From Pontimonas sp. (GTDB lineage: Bacteria; Actinomycetota; Actinomycetes; Actinomycetales; Microbacteriaceae): 64,000 bases of DNA. Made by a program: the position numbers and the translations under genes. The stretch lies in the NCBI GenBank assembly GCA_049416945.1, contig JBMSHQ010000001.1, positions 2,525-66,524 on the forward strand, in the 5' to 3' direction. Under the pieces are notes generated by a model that saw nothing but the letters and a program-made list of their open reading frames with translations, was not told where the DNA came from and did no database searches. The number at the start of each line of letters is the position of its first letter. Position 1 is the stretch's first letter. Positions 41,362 to 50,983 of this stretch are shown one piece after another.

Positions 41362-43322
41362 ACAAAACTCCGGATGATCACCAAGGTTCCCAAGGGAACC
41401 TGTTGGCCGTCAGCCGGGTCAACGCTGGTGACCCGAGCGAATGGTTCATCCCAGGCTGACTCGGGGTATTCGGAGCGAACTTCAACGGTGAGTCCCAGGG
41501 CTTTGAGCGTGTCGACGGCGTCTTTAATGGTGTCTCCGACGACGTCGGGAATGGTGATGAGTTCTGGCCCACGAGACACCGTAATCGTCACGGTGTCACC
41601 GGGTCGAAGCATGATCCCCTGGGGTCGCACGTAGTCGATGACGAGGCCTTCCGCGATGGTGTCAGAGAACTGTCCATCACCTCCGACCACACCAATAAGT
41701 CCCGCGTCGGAGAGGAGCGCCTCGGCTTCTTCCACCGTCAATCCAGTGACCTGAGGCAACGCGCCGGCGCTCACCACGAGAGTGATGATGGTGCCGGGCT
41801 CGAGCTCAGTTCCCGGGACAAGGGCATTACCGTCGGCGTCATTCGCCTCCATCACGGCGTCCTTTTGGGCGGTGTCAGAAAACTCGTAGGTGACTTCGCC
41901 CAACTCCAGCCGGGCCTCGTCTACTCGGGCAGTAGCGTCGGTGAGCGAAAGCCCCACCAGCGAGGGCAGCGCGGTGGGCTCAATTCCCATGGAGACCACG
42001 ATGGTGATTTCGGTACCCTCGAGAACATCGCCCCCTGCTTCCGGAGTGGTACCGACCACGAGGCCGACCGGGATTTCCTCATCGAATGCTTCCTCAGTGG
42101 TGTCAGCGACCAGCAGTCCTGCATCGGTCAGCTGGCTTTGTGCTTGGTCGAGAGTGAGGCCTCGCACGTCTGGCACGGCCACAATGGCGGGCCCGCGAGG
42201 GATAAATAACCACAGCGCCACCCCGATGGCAGCAATGGCCGCGAGAACAAAAGTAATCCATAGGCCCGGACCCGGGCCACGGCGGGTCGCGGTGGCGACG
42301 GGCGCCGGGGCGAGTTCAGCGGGCTCGGAATAATCAGGAACCTCAAGGCCCGCGAAGAGCTCATCTTCGCGGCTGAGCACCTCGGTGGGCATGTCATCAG
42401 AATTGTTGACCGCCGGTTGCATCACCTTGGTGTGTTCGATGGTGATGGCTTCGGTTGGAGCCTCTGCGGCCTGACGCTTTGCCAATCGTGGCTCAATCGT
42501 GCGGATGTGGTCGAGCAGGGCTCGGGCGTGCGGAGGTCTCTCGTCGGGAGACCTCTTGGTGCACCACTCGACGAGCTCGTCCAATTCAGCCGGCACCTGA
42601 GGATTGATGGTGCTGGGTAGCGGCACAGACGCGTTCGCGTGTTGATAGGCGATCGTCACGGCCTGGTCTCCCGTATAGGGCTGTCGACCGGTGAGCATTT
42701 CAAAGATCATGATGCCCAGGGCGTAGAGGTCACTTCTTACATCGGCGGGAGACCCAGTCACCAATTCGGGTGAGAGGTACGCCACGGTGCCCAGCAGGGC
42801 CTGGCCGGTTTGGGTGTCGTGAGAGGCTGCGCGGGCAAGACCGAAGTCGGCAATCTTGATTCGACCGTCGTCGGCCATGAGAACGTTCTCGGGCTTGAGA
42901 TCGCGGTGAACAATCCCGGCGCTGTGGGCAGCGTCTAAGCCCTGCAGGATTGCTTTGACCACGTCGATAGTCTGCGCGGGAGTTAGTTGCCCGAAGTCGC
43001 GCAGCAACTCCCGCAAGGTGATGCCTGGCAGATACTCCATCACGATGAAGGTGATATCGCCGTCTTGACCCTGGTCAAACACGTTGACGATATTTGGGTG
43101 AGCCAGACGTGCTGCCTGCCGTGCCTCTTGAATGAAGCGTTGAGTGAAGTGTTCATCAGCGGCCAAATGCTGATGCATGATTTTCACGGCCACCGGGCGC
43201 TCCAGTCGGTAGTCGAGCCCGCGATACACCGCGGCCATTCCACCCCGTGCGATGCGATCCTCGATGAGGTAGCGCTGGTCGATGGTCCGACCAATCAGGG
43301 GGTCAGGCGCAGGGGAATTCAT
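41358..43322 (-). CDS. pknL: PASTA-domain Ser/Thr protein kinase (PknL-like)
   Basis: ARGGMA, VAVK, HRDLKPEN, DFGLAR, one TM, about four PASTA repeats; syntenic with DAHP synthase and Rv2175c-like gene. Confidence 0.88.
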   Translation of the reverse strand: MNSPAPDPLIGRTIDQRYLIEDRIARGGMAAVYRGLDYRLERPVAVKIMHQHLAADEHFTQRFIQEARQAARLAHPNIVNVFDQGQDGDITFIVMEYLPGITLRELLRDFGQLTPAQTIDVVKAILQGLDAAHSAGIVHRDLKPENVLMADDGRIKIADFGLARAASHDTQTGQALLGTVAYLSPELVTGSPADVRSDLYALGIMIFEMLTGRQPYTGDQAVTIAYQHANASVPLPSTINPQVPAELDELVEWCTKRSPDERPPHARALLDHIRTIEPRLAKRQAAEAPTEAITIEHTKVMQPAVNNSDDMPTEVLSREDELFAGLEVPDYSEPAELAPAPVATATRRGPGPGLWITFVLAAIAAIGVALWLFIPRGPAIVAVPDVRGLTLDQAQSQLTDAGLLVADTTEEAFDEEIPVGLVVGTTPEAGGDVLEGTEITIVVSMGIEPTALPSLVGLSLTDATARVDEARLELGEVTYEFSDTAQKDAVMEANDADGNALVPGTELEPGTIITLVVSAGALPQVTGLTVEEAEALLSDAGLIGVVGGDGQFSDTIAEGLVIDYVRPQGIMLRPGDTVTITVSRGPELITIPDVVGDTIKDAVDTLKALGLTVEVRSEYPESAWDEPFARVTSVDPADGQQVPLGTLVIIRSFV

Positions 43323-43381
43323 TTGATTGGGATTGTATTGGCGAGAGGGGGAGAAACCTTTGAGGCGCTCCCGGGTGGACG

Positions 43382-44854
43382 TTAGCTCAGTTCGTCAAGC
43401 CAGGCCCACGCGCTCGCTTCCCATTTTGCATACGCCTCGGGGTAAGCCGAGCGCTGAACCTTCTGGGCGGCGACGGTGAGCGACATCGACTGCCAGCCCG
43501 AGTAGTCCAACAGTCCCCGCGTGCGTCCCGGGTTGGGGTTCGAAGGCCCGCCGAAGAACGCTTTTGTGGCGTAGACCGGGTCCATGATTTGTTCGACCGA
43601 ACCCCACCCGCTACTCGGGCGCTGCTGGTAGAGGCCCACCGAGTCGCGGTCACCCCAATCAATGTTGCGCAACGACGATTCCTGCATCGCGGTGGCCAGT
43701 GCAATCACGATGCCGTAGTCGGGGATGCCAAGGTCGCGACCGACCTGAACGATGATTGAGGCATTTGCACGGCGCGTGTCATTTAGCGGAGTAACTGCGC
43801 CGCTCACCGGCTTCGCGGTCGACTCGTCGGAGGAAGATTTCTCGTCGGAGGATTCTTGTTTCTCTTCGGTGACCTTCGGCTGAGGCTTGGGTGTGGCGAC
43901 AGGCGCGGGTGGGGGAGTGGGTGCTGGGGCCGGTTTGGCTGGGCGCAACTCAGGGGCCTCCGCGATCTGCCAACCGACGGGGTCGCCACTTTGTTCCTGG
44001 GGAATGTCGTCAGAGTCGGCTTCTTCTGAGGAGGCATCGTCTTCGACGCTCTCAATCACGTCTTCGGCGGCACTTGCGAAAACAATCCGAGGGGCTGACG
44101 GGGACGCATCGACGAGGCGGGGGGCCGTGTCGGTTCGTGTTCCGGGGATCACGAGAGATTCACCCGGGAAAATCTGGTCGCTCGGCTGAAGTTTGTTTGC
44201 TCCCGCGAGCGCTGAAACAGAGATGCCGTAACGCTCGGCAACTGCAAGTAGGGTCTCGCCGGCGCGCACAACGTGTAGTTGCTCCCCAGCGCGAGCTGGT
44301 GCCATGCCTTTTTCTTTGCCGGGGGCGGTCGTGAGTTTCACGATTTGGCCCTCGTGAAGGATCGAGTTCCAATTCAATCCGTTGAGGGTAAGCAGGAGCG
44401 TCGTGGGGATGCCAAACTTCTCCGCCACGGTGCTCAAGGTTTCTCCTCGGCGGACCTTGTAGGTGTCGGGAATGTGTGGTGCCACGGTGCTGACGACGCG
44501 GTGAGAAAGCGGCACGAATGCCTGGGAGATTAAGTCAGAAAATGACGTCTTGGCCCGCTGAGTATGAGCGTCGCGATTTCCACTCGCCGAGTCCTCGGCG
44601 TAGACCGGAATCGAGCTGGTTACTCCGACGCCGGCAGCGAGGCTCCCGGTCATGAGCAACGGCAGACTATTGCGCAGGGTTTTCGCCGTTGCCTGGCCGA
44701 CGCCAGTGGCGGGGGGAGTGGGGTCGAAAGGCAACCGTGGAGTGAGTCCCCGGATCACTTCGGGGGCAATTTCTGGCGTGTGCGATTCACCCCAGTAATA
44801 CCGGTCATCGCGTGGGGTTCTCCCCGTCGATGTGGTGTTGGTGTGTTCGCTCAC
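43382..44854 (-). CDS. Probably secreted LysM protein with C-terminal lysozyme/lytic-transglycosylase-like domain
   Basis: Two LysM (YKVRRGETL, HVVRAGETL), Pro/acidic linker, ATAMQESSLRN..GDRDSVGLYQQRPSSGWG. Confidence 0.8.
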   Translation of the reverse strand: MSEHTNTTSTGRTPRDDRYYWGESHTPEIAPEVIRGLTPRLPFDPTPPATGVGQATAKTLRNSLPLLMTGSLAAGVGVTSSIPVYAEDSASGNRDAHTQRAKTSFSDLISQAFVPLSHRVVSTVAPHIPDTYKVRRGETLSTVAEKFGIPTTLLLTLNGLNWNSILHEGQIVKLTTAPGKEKGMAPARAGEQLHVVRAGETLLAVAERYGISVSALAGANKLQPSDQIFPGESLVIPGTRTDTAPRLVDASPSAPRIVFASAAEDVIESVEDDASSEEADSDDIPQEQSGDPVGWQIAEAPELRPAKPAPAPTPPPAPVATPKPQPKVTEEKQESSDEKSSSDESTAKPVSGAVTPLNDTRRANASIIVQVGRDLGIPDYGIVIALATAMQESSLRNIDWGDRDSVGLYQQRPSSGWGSVEQIMDPVYATKAFFGGPSNPNPGRTRGLLDYSGWQSMSLTVAAQKVQRSAYPEAYAKWEASAWAWLDELS

Positions 44855-45026
44855 GTCACTCTCCGCAGGGTCAACAACAGGTGGCGCACTGCCACGCCTC
44901 TACGCTGACATACGCTGTGGTCAATGTCAATCAAAGTGACGGGTGTGGCGTGAGTTTACATGTTTGTAACAAACTATGGTCGTCGTGTCGAAATGGCGTC
45001 GTTCTTGCTCGTGACACCCTTGTGCT

Positions 45027-45362
45027 GTGACCGATCAGAGTGCGAAATGGGTCTCTGTCCCCGACGCAGCAGAACAGTGGAACACCACTCCGACGAAAGT
45101 GCGGCAACTTCTTGAGGAGCGAGTGCTCTTAGGGTCTCGTCGTAACGGAGTGCTCCAGATCCCACAGGCGCTCCTCTCGGCAGGCCCACTGAAGGACCTT
45201 CCGGGCACCATTACCGTGTTGTTGGACGGTGGTTTTTCGGATGACGACGCGCTTGATTGGCTGATAGATGAGAACCCAGCACTGGGCACCACTCCTATAG
45301 TCGCGCTTGTGCAGGGTCGAAAAAAGGAAGTGCGACGGCTCGCCCAGAGCCTTGCGGTTTAG
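45027..45362 (+). CDS. Rv2175c family DNA-binding protein
   Basis: WVSVPDAAE HTH, LPGTITVLLDGG, KEVRRLAQSLA. Confidence 0.85.
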   Translation: MTDQSAKWVSVPDAAEQWNTTPTKVRQLLEERVLLGSRRNGVLQIPQALLSAGPLKDLPGTITVLLDGGFSDDDALDWLIDENPALGTTPIVALVQGRKKEVRRLAQSLAV

Positions 45363-46462
45363 GAGCGCCGGGAGACCACGGCGTCGGCGAGACGCCTCAA
45401 CTCGGAGGCAGCCTCACCATCGAGACGGGCGTGATCGAGAGCGGCGAGTGCGCGATCGGCAGACTCAGAAATAATCTGCTCCACTTGGTCGACAGCCCCC
45501 GACTCGGTCAAGGTGGTTTGCATCACCGCAATTTGTTCGTCGGTCACTTCCGGGTTACCGAGCATTTCTTCAAACACCCGGCGGACTCCACTGGACATCG
45601 TGGCGGCTGCTAAGGCCACCAACACCGTTCTCTTGCCTTCGCGAAGGTCGTCACCTGCAGGCTTTCCTGTTTCTTTCGGATCCCCAAAGACTCCCAACAT
45701 GTCATCGCGCAATTGGAAGGCAACGCCCAAAGGAAGGCCGAAAGCCCCCAGGGCGTCTCGCTGTTCGTCACTCGCAGCACCGAGCGCCGCACCCAAACGC
45801 AGGGGTGCCTCCATGCTGTACTTCGCTGACTTGTAGGTCACCACGGTCATCGCTCGCTCGAAGCGCTGATCGTTGGGAACAATGGGCCAGCACGATTCCT
45901 CGTGAATGTCGAGGAACTGTCCCATCGTGACTTCATTCCACATCTGGTGGAATTCACCTCTCACCGCCGCGATTACCGAGGGTTCGTTGATGTAACTCAG
46001 CGCTCGGGTGACCAGTTCTGAGCTCCAGGCGAGGAGCAGGTCACCGACCATCAGGGCAGAGGATTCTCCGTAATGAACGGGGTCCTTATCGAACCCTGAT
46101 GTGCGATGGCGCTCTTCGAAGTATCGATGCGCGGATGCCTCCCCGCGGCGGGTGTCGGATTTGTCCATGATGTCGTCGTGAACCAAGGCGGCGGCGTGAA
46201 ACACTTCGAGGGCCGTCGCGAGTATGAATGCCGGGTGGTCCGCAGTGTGCGGAGGCTGTTCTCCATTGAGCCCCGCGATCGCTCGATAGCCCCAGTAGCA
46301 GAAGCGAGCGCGGAATCTCTTACCCCCGGCAAGTAACCCCCGCGAATAGTCCACTAAGGGGACGAGGTCTGCCGATATCTGAGCAACCTCGTGCCGCTTA
46401 GTGTCGAAGAACTCTTCTAAATGGCCATCAATGACGTCAACGAAACGGAACGATTCAGACAC
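45359..46462 (-). CDS. Polyprenyl (geranylgeranyl) diphosphate synthase
   Basis: GGKRFR, LVHDDIMD.SDTRRG, GQFLD, FQLRDD, GDDLREGK. Confidence 0.92.
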   Translation of the reverse strand: MSESFRFVDVIDGHLEEFFDTKRHEVAQISADLVPLVDYSRGLLAGGKRFRARFCYWGYRAIAGLNGEQPPHTADHPAFILATALEVFHAAALVHDDIMDKSDTRRGEASAHRYFEERHRTSGFDKDPVHYGESSALMVGDLLLAWSSELVTRALSYINEPSVIAAVRGEFHQMWNEVTMGQFLDIHEESCWPIVPNDQRFERAMTVVTYKSAKYSMEAPLRLGAALGAASDEQRDALGAFGLPLGVAFQLRDDMLGVFGDPKETGKPAGDDLREGKRTVLVALAAATMSSGVRRVFEEMLGNPEVTDEQIAVMQTTLTESGAVDQVEQIISESADRALAALDHARLDGEAASELRRLADAVVSRRS

Positions 46463-46531
46463 GCCCCTAGCCTATATTCAGCCTTTCCCCTTACACTCAG
46501 ACACGGTATTCAGCGCAACCAAGGAGTAGCG

Positions 46532-46903
46532 ATGGCTCTGTCCGAACACGAACAGCGTCTCCTCGAGGAGATGGAGCGAAGCCTCTATCAGAACGAGGCA
46601 GACGTCGTGTCGACTCTGGGCGCCACCCGCCGCGCCCCCAACTACACCGCCGTCGTGAGCGGAGTAGTGATGGCAGTGATCGGGCTGGCCGTGATGCTGT
46701 GGGCTGTCTCCTCGAGCCTCACCTGGTTGGGCGTGATTGGATTCCTCGTGTTGTTTGCCGGCGTAATGATTGCCGTCACAATTCCCGGCCCCGTCACCGA
46801 AGCGTCCGTGCGAGGCTCGAGCCGCAGCGGGCGTTCGGCTGGTTCGCTGATGGATCAGCTCAATGAGCGCTGGGATCGCCGTCGCGGAGGCGAATCCCTC
46901 TAA
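46532..46903 (+). CDS. DUF3040 family membrane protein
   Basis: MALSEHEQRLLEEMERSL, two TM, ERWDRR; RBS AAGGAG. Confidence 0.88.
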   Translation: MALSEHEQRLLEEMERSLYQNEADVVSTLGATRRAPNYTAVVSGVVMAVIGLAVMLWAVSSSLTWLGVIGFLVLFAGVMIAVTIPGPVTEASVRGSSRSGRSAGSLMDQLNERWDRRRGGESL

Positions 46904-46917
46904 GCCTGGAACTAGCT

Positions 46918-46942
46918 ACCGGCCCTTCGGGGCCGGTTTTTT
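46918..46942 (+). terminator. Intrinsic terminator
   Basis: ACCGGCCC-TTCG-GGGCCGGT followed by a T tract. Confidence 0.88.
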
Positions 46943-46992
46943 GTTGTGCGGGCGGGGGAGAGCGGTGGAGAAAAAATGAAAAAAAAATCATC

Positions 46993-47032
46993 AAAATGGG
47001 GAAAAGTGGAGCAAAATGGAGTAAAGTGGTGA
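46993..47032 (+). promoter_or_regulatory. MraZ-binding direct repeats
   Basis: Four 10-bp units AAAATGGGGA, AAAGTGGAGC, AAAATGGAGT, AAAGTGGTGA directly upstream of mraZ. Confidence 0.85.
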
Positions 47033-47065
47033 ATACCTCATCGGGCCGGAGAAAGGGGGCGCACC

Positions 47066-47497
47066 ATGTTTCTGGGTACCTACGCGCCCAAGCTGGACGA
47101 CAAGGGCCGGCTGATTCTCCCCGCCAAGTTCCGCGACGAACTCTCTCGCGGGGTCGTCCTCACCCGTGGACAAGAGCGCTGCCTCTACGTATTTGCCGAA
47201 TCGGAGTTTGAGCGCCACGTCGAAAAGATCCGCGAAGCACCGCTGACCAGCAAGGCGGGGCGCGACTACCTGCGCCTGTTCCTCTCGGGCGCTTCCGCTG
47301 AAGTTCCCGACAAACAATTCCGCGTCACTATCCCTCCGGCGCTGCGTGAATATGCGGGGCTCAACCGAGACCTCACCGTGATTGGGGCTGGCACCCGAGC
47401 GGAAATTTGGGACCAGGCCGCATGGGAGGCCTACTACACCGATCGTGAACAGTCCTTCTCGGAGACCGAAGAGGAGGTGATTCCCGGGCTTTTCTAG
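47066..47497 (+). CDS. mraZ: Transcriptional regulator MraZ
   Basis: [14 protein letters not shown], 143 aa, first dcw gene. Confidence 0.96.
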   Translation: MFLGTYAPKLDDKGRLILPAKFRDELSRGVVLTRGQERCLYVFAESEFERHVEKIREAPLTSKAGRDYLRLFLSGASAEVPDKQFRVTIPPALREYAGLNRDLTVIGAGTRAEIWDQAAWEAYYTDREQSFSETEEEVIPGLF

Positions 47498-47599
47498 CCG
47501 GCCTGTGCGACTCCCTGCCGTAGCCCTGGGGCACCTTCCCCGGCTCCAGGTCAACGGAGGGGAATCGGACAGGCGGGAGAGAAACAGCAGGCGCCAACG
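47498..47599 (+). ncRNA. mraW RNA motif (actinobacterial cis-regulatory element)
   Basis: Nested stems (CCCT/CCGT/CCTGG ... CCAGG/ACGG/AGGG) enclosing a loop with CTTCCCC, between mraZ and rsmH. Confidence 0.75.
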
Positions 47600-48556
47600 A
47601 TGATGACCACACACCCCCACATCCCGGTATTGCTCGATCGCTGCATCGAGCTATTGGCGCCAGCGCTCGGCGAGAACGCACTGGTCGTCGACGCCACACT
47701 CGGGATGGGCGGTCACTCCGAGGCTCTGTTAGAAAAATTCGAGTCGCTGCGACTTCTCGGAATTGACCGCGACGAAGCAGCTCTCCACTATTCCGAAGCG
47801 AGGCTGGAGCGGTTTGCACAGCGCACCCGACTGGTTCACGCTCGATACGACGAACTCGGCACCCTGCTCGACACCGAATTCCCTGGAGAGGCACCCCAGG
47901 GAATTCTTTTTGACCTGGGAGTCTCGTCGTTGCAGCTGGATGAGGCCGAGCGCGGTTTTAGCTACCGATTTGATGCGCCCCTCGATATGCGAATGGACGC
48001 TCACGAGGATGTTTCCGCTGCCGACCTGATCGCGACACTTTCTGCTTTTGAACTGCAGCGGATGTTTGAGCGCTACGGCGATGAGCCCCTCGCGAGTCGC
48101 TACGCCCACGCCATCGTGACACGTCGTGAGGTCGAGCCGATTTCCCGCACCGGCCAGCTCGTTGAGATCATCGACCGCGCTACCCCCGGGGGACACCCCC
48201 GCAAGGGCCACAACGCTAAACGGGTTTTCCAGGCGCTGCGAATCGCCGTCAACCGGGAGCTCGAGGTGTTAGAGACCGCGTTAGAGGTGGCTCTCGATCG
48301 CCTCGCGGTGGGTGGCCGAATCGTGGTCATGTCCTATCACTCCGGTGAAGACCGCCTGGTCAAGCACGCCATCGAACCACGGACTGTGTCCAGCGCTCCC
48401 GTCGACTTGCCCGTGATTCCCGAATCCGATCTTCCGACCTACCGCTGGGTCGTGAAGGGGCCTGAGAAGGCTTCAGACACGGAACAGCAGAACAACCCTC
48501 GCAGCCAGTCGGTTCGACTGCGCGCCGCCGAAAAAGTGAAAGGCACCCAACGATGA
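47600..48556 (+). CDS. rsmH: 16S rRNA m4C1402 methyltransferase
   Basis: HIPVL, DATLGMGGHS, DLGVSSLQLD, FQALRIAVN, SYHSGEDR, NPRS. Confidence 0.96.
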   Translation: MMTTHPHIPVLLDRCIELLAPALGENALVVDATLGMGGHSEALLEKFESLRLLGIDRDEAALHYSEARLERFAQRTRLVHARYDELGTLLDTEFPGEAPQGILFDLGVSSLQLDEAERGFSYRFDAPLDMRMDAHEDVSAADLIATLSAFELQRMFERYGDEPLASRYAHAIVTRREVEPISRTGQLVEIIDRATPGGHPRKGHNAKRVFQALRIAVNRELEVLETALEVALDRLAVGGRIVVMSYHSGEDRLVKHAIEPRTVSSAPVDLPVIPESDLPTYRWVVKGPEKASDTEQQNNPRSQSVRLRAAEKVKGTQR

Positions 48557-49194
48557 GCGCTTTGACCGCCAACATTGCCCCCACGGCACGCACGAGCCCT
48601 CGGCTTCGAGCCGTGCCACGGGCCCGCACGGCCACCCCGCCGAAGGTCAGCTACGCGGTGGCCACCTTGGTCGGAATCTTCGCCATCCTGGGAGGCCAGC
48701 TGATGCTCTCCATAGCTCTGGGCAATGGCGCTTACGCCATCCAAGATCTCGAACGTCAGCTCGCCGAGCGTCACCGCGACCTCAGCATCGTGTCCGAAGA
48801 AATCGGGGCGATGCAGGACCCGCAAACACTCGCCAGCTTGGCGGTGTCGCTGGGCATGGTGGACGACGGAGATCCGGCGTATTTGCGGCTGTCCGATGCT
48901 CAGGTTCTCGGTTCGGGCGAGCCGGCTGTAGCGGGCTCCACCACTGTCGTAGCGGTCGTCCCTGGAGAGGAACCGACCGATATCTCAGCAGTTGCTACCT
49001 CGATTGTGGGACAAGACATCGAGGGTGAGTCATTGTCGGCTTTTGCGGCTCTCAGTGAGGACACTAGTGAGGTGACTGCGGGGGCAATGAACACTCTCGA
49101 GGGTGTGGATTCCACAATTCCCGTGGTCGCTGAACAGCCTGCGCCGGCAGCGAAGACGTTCGGCGGAGATTTGCCCTCACCCACCACTCACTAG
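48553..49194 (+). CDS. ftsL: FtsL-like cell division protein
   Basis: Basic N-terminus, one TM, coiled coil, LGMV; between rsmH and ftsI. Confidence 0.7.
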   Translation: MSALTANIAPTARTSPRLRAVPRARTATPPKVSYAVATLVGIFAILGGQLMLSIALGNGAYAIQDLERQLAERHRDLSIVSEEIGAMQDPQTLASLAVSLGMVDDGDPAYLRLSDAQVLGSGEPAVAGSTTVVAVVPGEEPTDISAVATSIVGQDIEGESLSAFAALSEDTSEVTAGAMNTLEGVDSTIPVVAEQPAPAAKTFGGDLPSPTTH

Positions 49195-49203
49195 GACCCG
49201 CCT

Positions 49204-50958
49204 GTGTCACCAGCCCAAATCGCATCCCGTCGCACGATGCGGCGAATGGGTTCGGTGTCACTCATTGTCGCCATTGTGGTGGTGGCTTTTGTCGTCCGCC
49301 TGGTCGACATTCAGGTGGTGCGGGCTGCCGAACTGAGTGCTGAGTCTGCGGAGAGGCGCAGCACGACCTCGACTCTGTGGGCAGAGCGTGGGCAGATTCT
49401 CGATCGCACCTACCAGGCCCTCGCCGAAAACGCCGACCGCTACCACGTCACCGCGTCCCCCCGACACGTCGCCGATTTCCGCCGCGACGGCGTCACCGTC
49501 GCCGTGATGGACGCACTGGCTGAGATTGAAGCGATTACGGGCACACCGGCCGCAGAGATGTGGGCGGCCGTCAGTGCTGACCCCGAATCCAACTTTGCCT
49601 ATCTCTCCAAAGACGCCACGACCGAGCAGTACCGACAATTACTCGATCTCGATATTCCGTGGATGTATTTCGAGCGCAATGCTGACCGTTTCTACCCCTT
49701 CGGCTCGGTGGCCGGAAACCTCACGGGCATGATGGGCGCCGACGGCCCACTCGAGGGTGTCGAATTGAAGTGGGACGAATGCCTCCATGCTTCACACGGT
49801 GTGTTGAGCTATCAGCAGGGCGCTGACTACGTGAAGCTCCCGGGCACCACCCAGGTCACCACTCCGGCTGTGAATGGTGGCGACGTGGTGCTCACGATTG
49901 ATAGTGACCTGCAGTGGTTTGTTCTTCAGCAGCTCGCCTCCACCGGACAATCACTCGGTGCCCAATCAGGTTCCGCCATGGTGGTGGAAGTCAAGACCGG
50001 TGAGATTCTGGCCTCAGCCGATTGGCCCACCTTCGACCCCAATGACTTTGCCGACACCCCGCAGTCACACTTGCGGGCAGCGACCTTCACCTCAGCGTTT
50101 GAGCCAGGATCGACCTTGAAGTCCATCACGATGGCTGCACTTTTGGAAGAGGGCCTCACCCGCCCCGATGAGGCGTTTAGTGTCCCCGCGACCTATGGGC
50201 TTCCCGGGGGGCGCTACATCCGCAATGCCGGTGGTGGCGCGGCGGGAAATCTCACCTCAACCGGAATCCTCAGTCGTTCGTCGAACACGGGAACCGCGTT
50301 GCTGGCAGAGAGAATTTCTCCCAAGACGCTCAACCGATATTTCACAGCCTTTGGTTTTGGAGAGCCCACCGCGGTCGATTTCTTGGGCGAACAATCCGGA
50401 TATATGCAAGACCCCGACAAGATTGACTCCATCACCGTTCACACCCAAACCTTTGGTCAGGGTATGTCGGCCACGATGGCGCAAATGGCGGGGGCTTATC
50501 AGGCGATTGCAAACCGCGGCGAGAAGATTCCGCTTCGCCTGGTCTCCGGATGCCAGCACGAAGATGGAACATTCGACGAGGTGAAGAAAGCCCCGCCCAC
50601 TCGAGTGGTGTCGCAGCGCACTGCCGACCAGGTCATCGCCATGCTCGAAACCGTTCCGCGGGGCGGAACCCTGCAATATCGCGTCGACGTTCCCGGCTAT
50701 CGGATTGCGGCGAAGACCGGCACGGCAGAAATTGCCGAAAACGGTGTTTATACCGACGAGCGCATGATTTCGATTGCTGGAATGGTGCCGGCCGAAGACC
50801 CGCAATACGTCGTGGTTGTCGCGTTCGTGAAACCCCAAACAAACCGCTTCTCTTATGCCGCTGCTCCGGCTTTTGATGAAATCATTACCCACCTGGTCAA
50901 GCACTATCGGGTGGCCCCGTCTACCGAGGAACCCACTCTTCCGCCGATAACCTGGTAG
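49204..50958 (+). CDS. ftsI: Class B penicillin-binding protein FtsI
   Basis: RGQILDR, EPGSTLK (SxxK), SSN (SxN), KTGT. Confidence 0.93.
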   Translation: MSPAQIASRRTMRRMGSVSLIVAIVVVAFVVRLVDIQVVRAAELSAESAERRSTTSTLWAERGQILDRTYQALAENADRYHVTASPRHVADFRRDGVTVAVMDALAEIEAITGTPAAEMWAAVSADPESNFAYLSKDATTEQYRQLLDLDIPWMYFERNADRFYPFGSVAGNLTGMMGADGPLEGVELKWDECLHASHGVLSYQQGADYVKLPGTTQVTTPAVNGGDVVLTIDSDLQWFVLQQLASTGQSLGAQSGSAMVVEVKTGEILASADWPTFDPNDFADTPQSHLRAATFTSAFEPGSTLKSITMAALLEEGLTRPDEAFSVPATYGLPGGRYIRNAGGGAAGNLTSTGILSRSSNTGTALLAERISPKTLNRYFTAFGFGEPTAVDFLGEQSGYMQDPDKIDSITVHTQTFGQGMSATMAQMAGAYQAIANRGEKIPLRLVSGCQHEDGTFDEVKKAPPTRVVSQRTADQVIAMLETVPRGGTLQYRVDVPGYRIAAKTGTAEIAENGVYTDERMISIAGMVPAEDPQYVVVVAFVKPQTNRFSYAAAPAFDEIITHLVKHYRVAPSTEEPTLPPITW

Positions 50959-50983
50959 CCGATGAGGCAACCGAGGGGGCTCC

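Noticed and set aside
46457-46466. AGACACGCCC as a further WhiA-type site
   Set aside because: Coincides with the prenyl synthase start codon on the opposite strand, so it may be coding-constrained; not counted.
46993-47032. Short tandem repeats as CRISPR or iterons
   Set aside because: 10-bp period without spacers directly before mraZ; explained as MraZ boxes.
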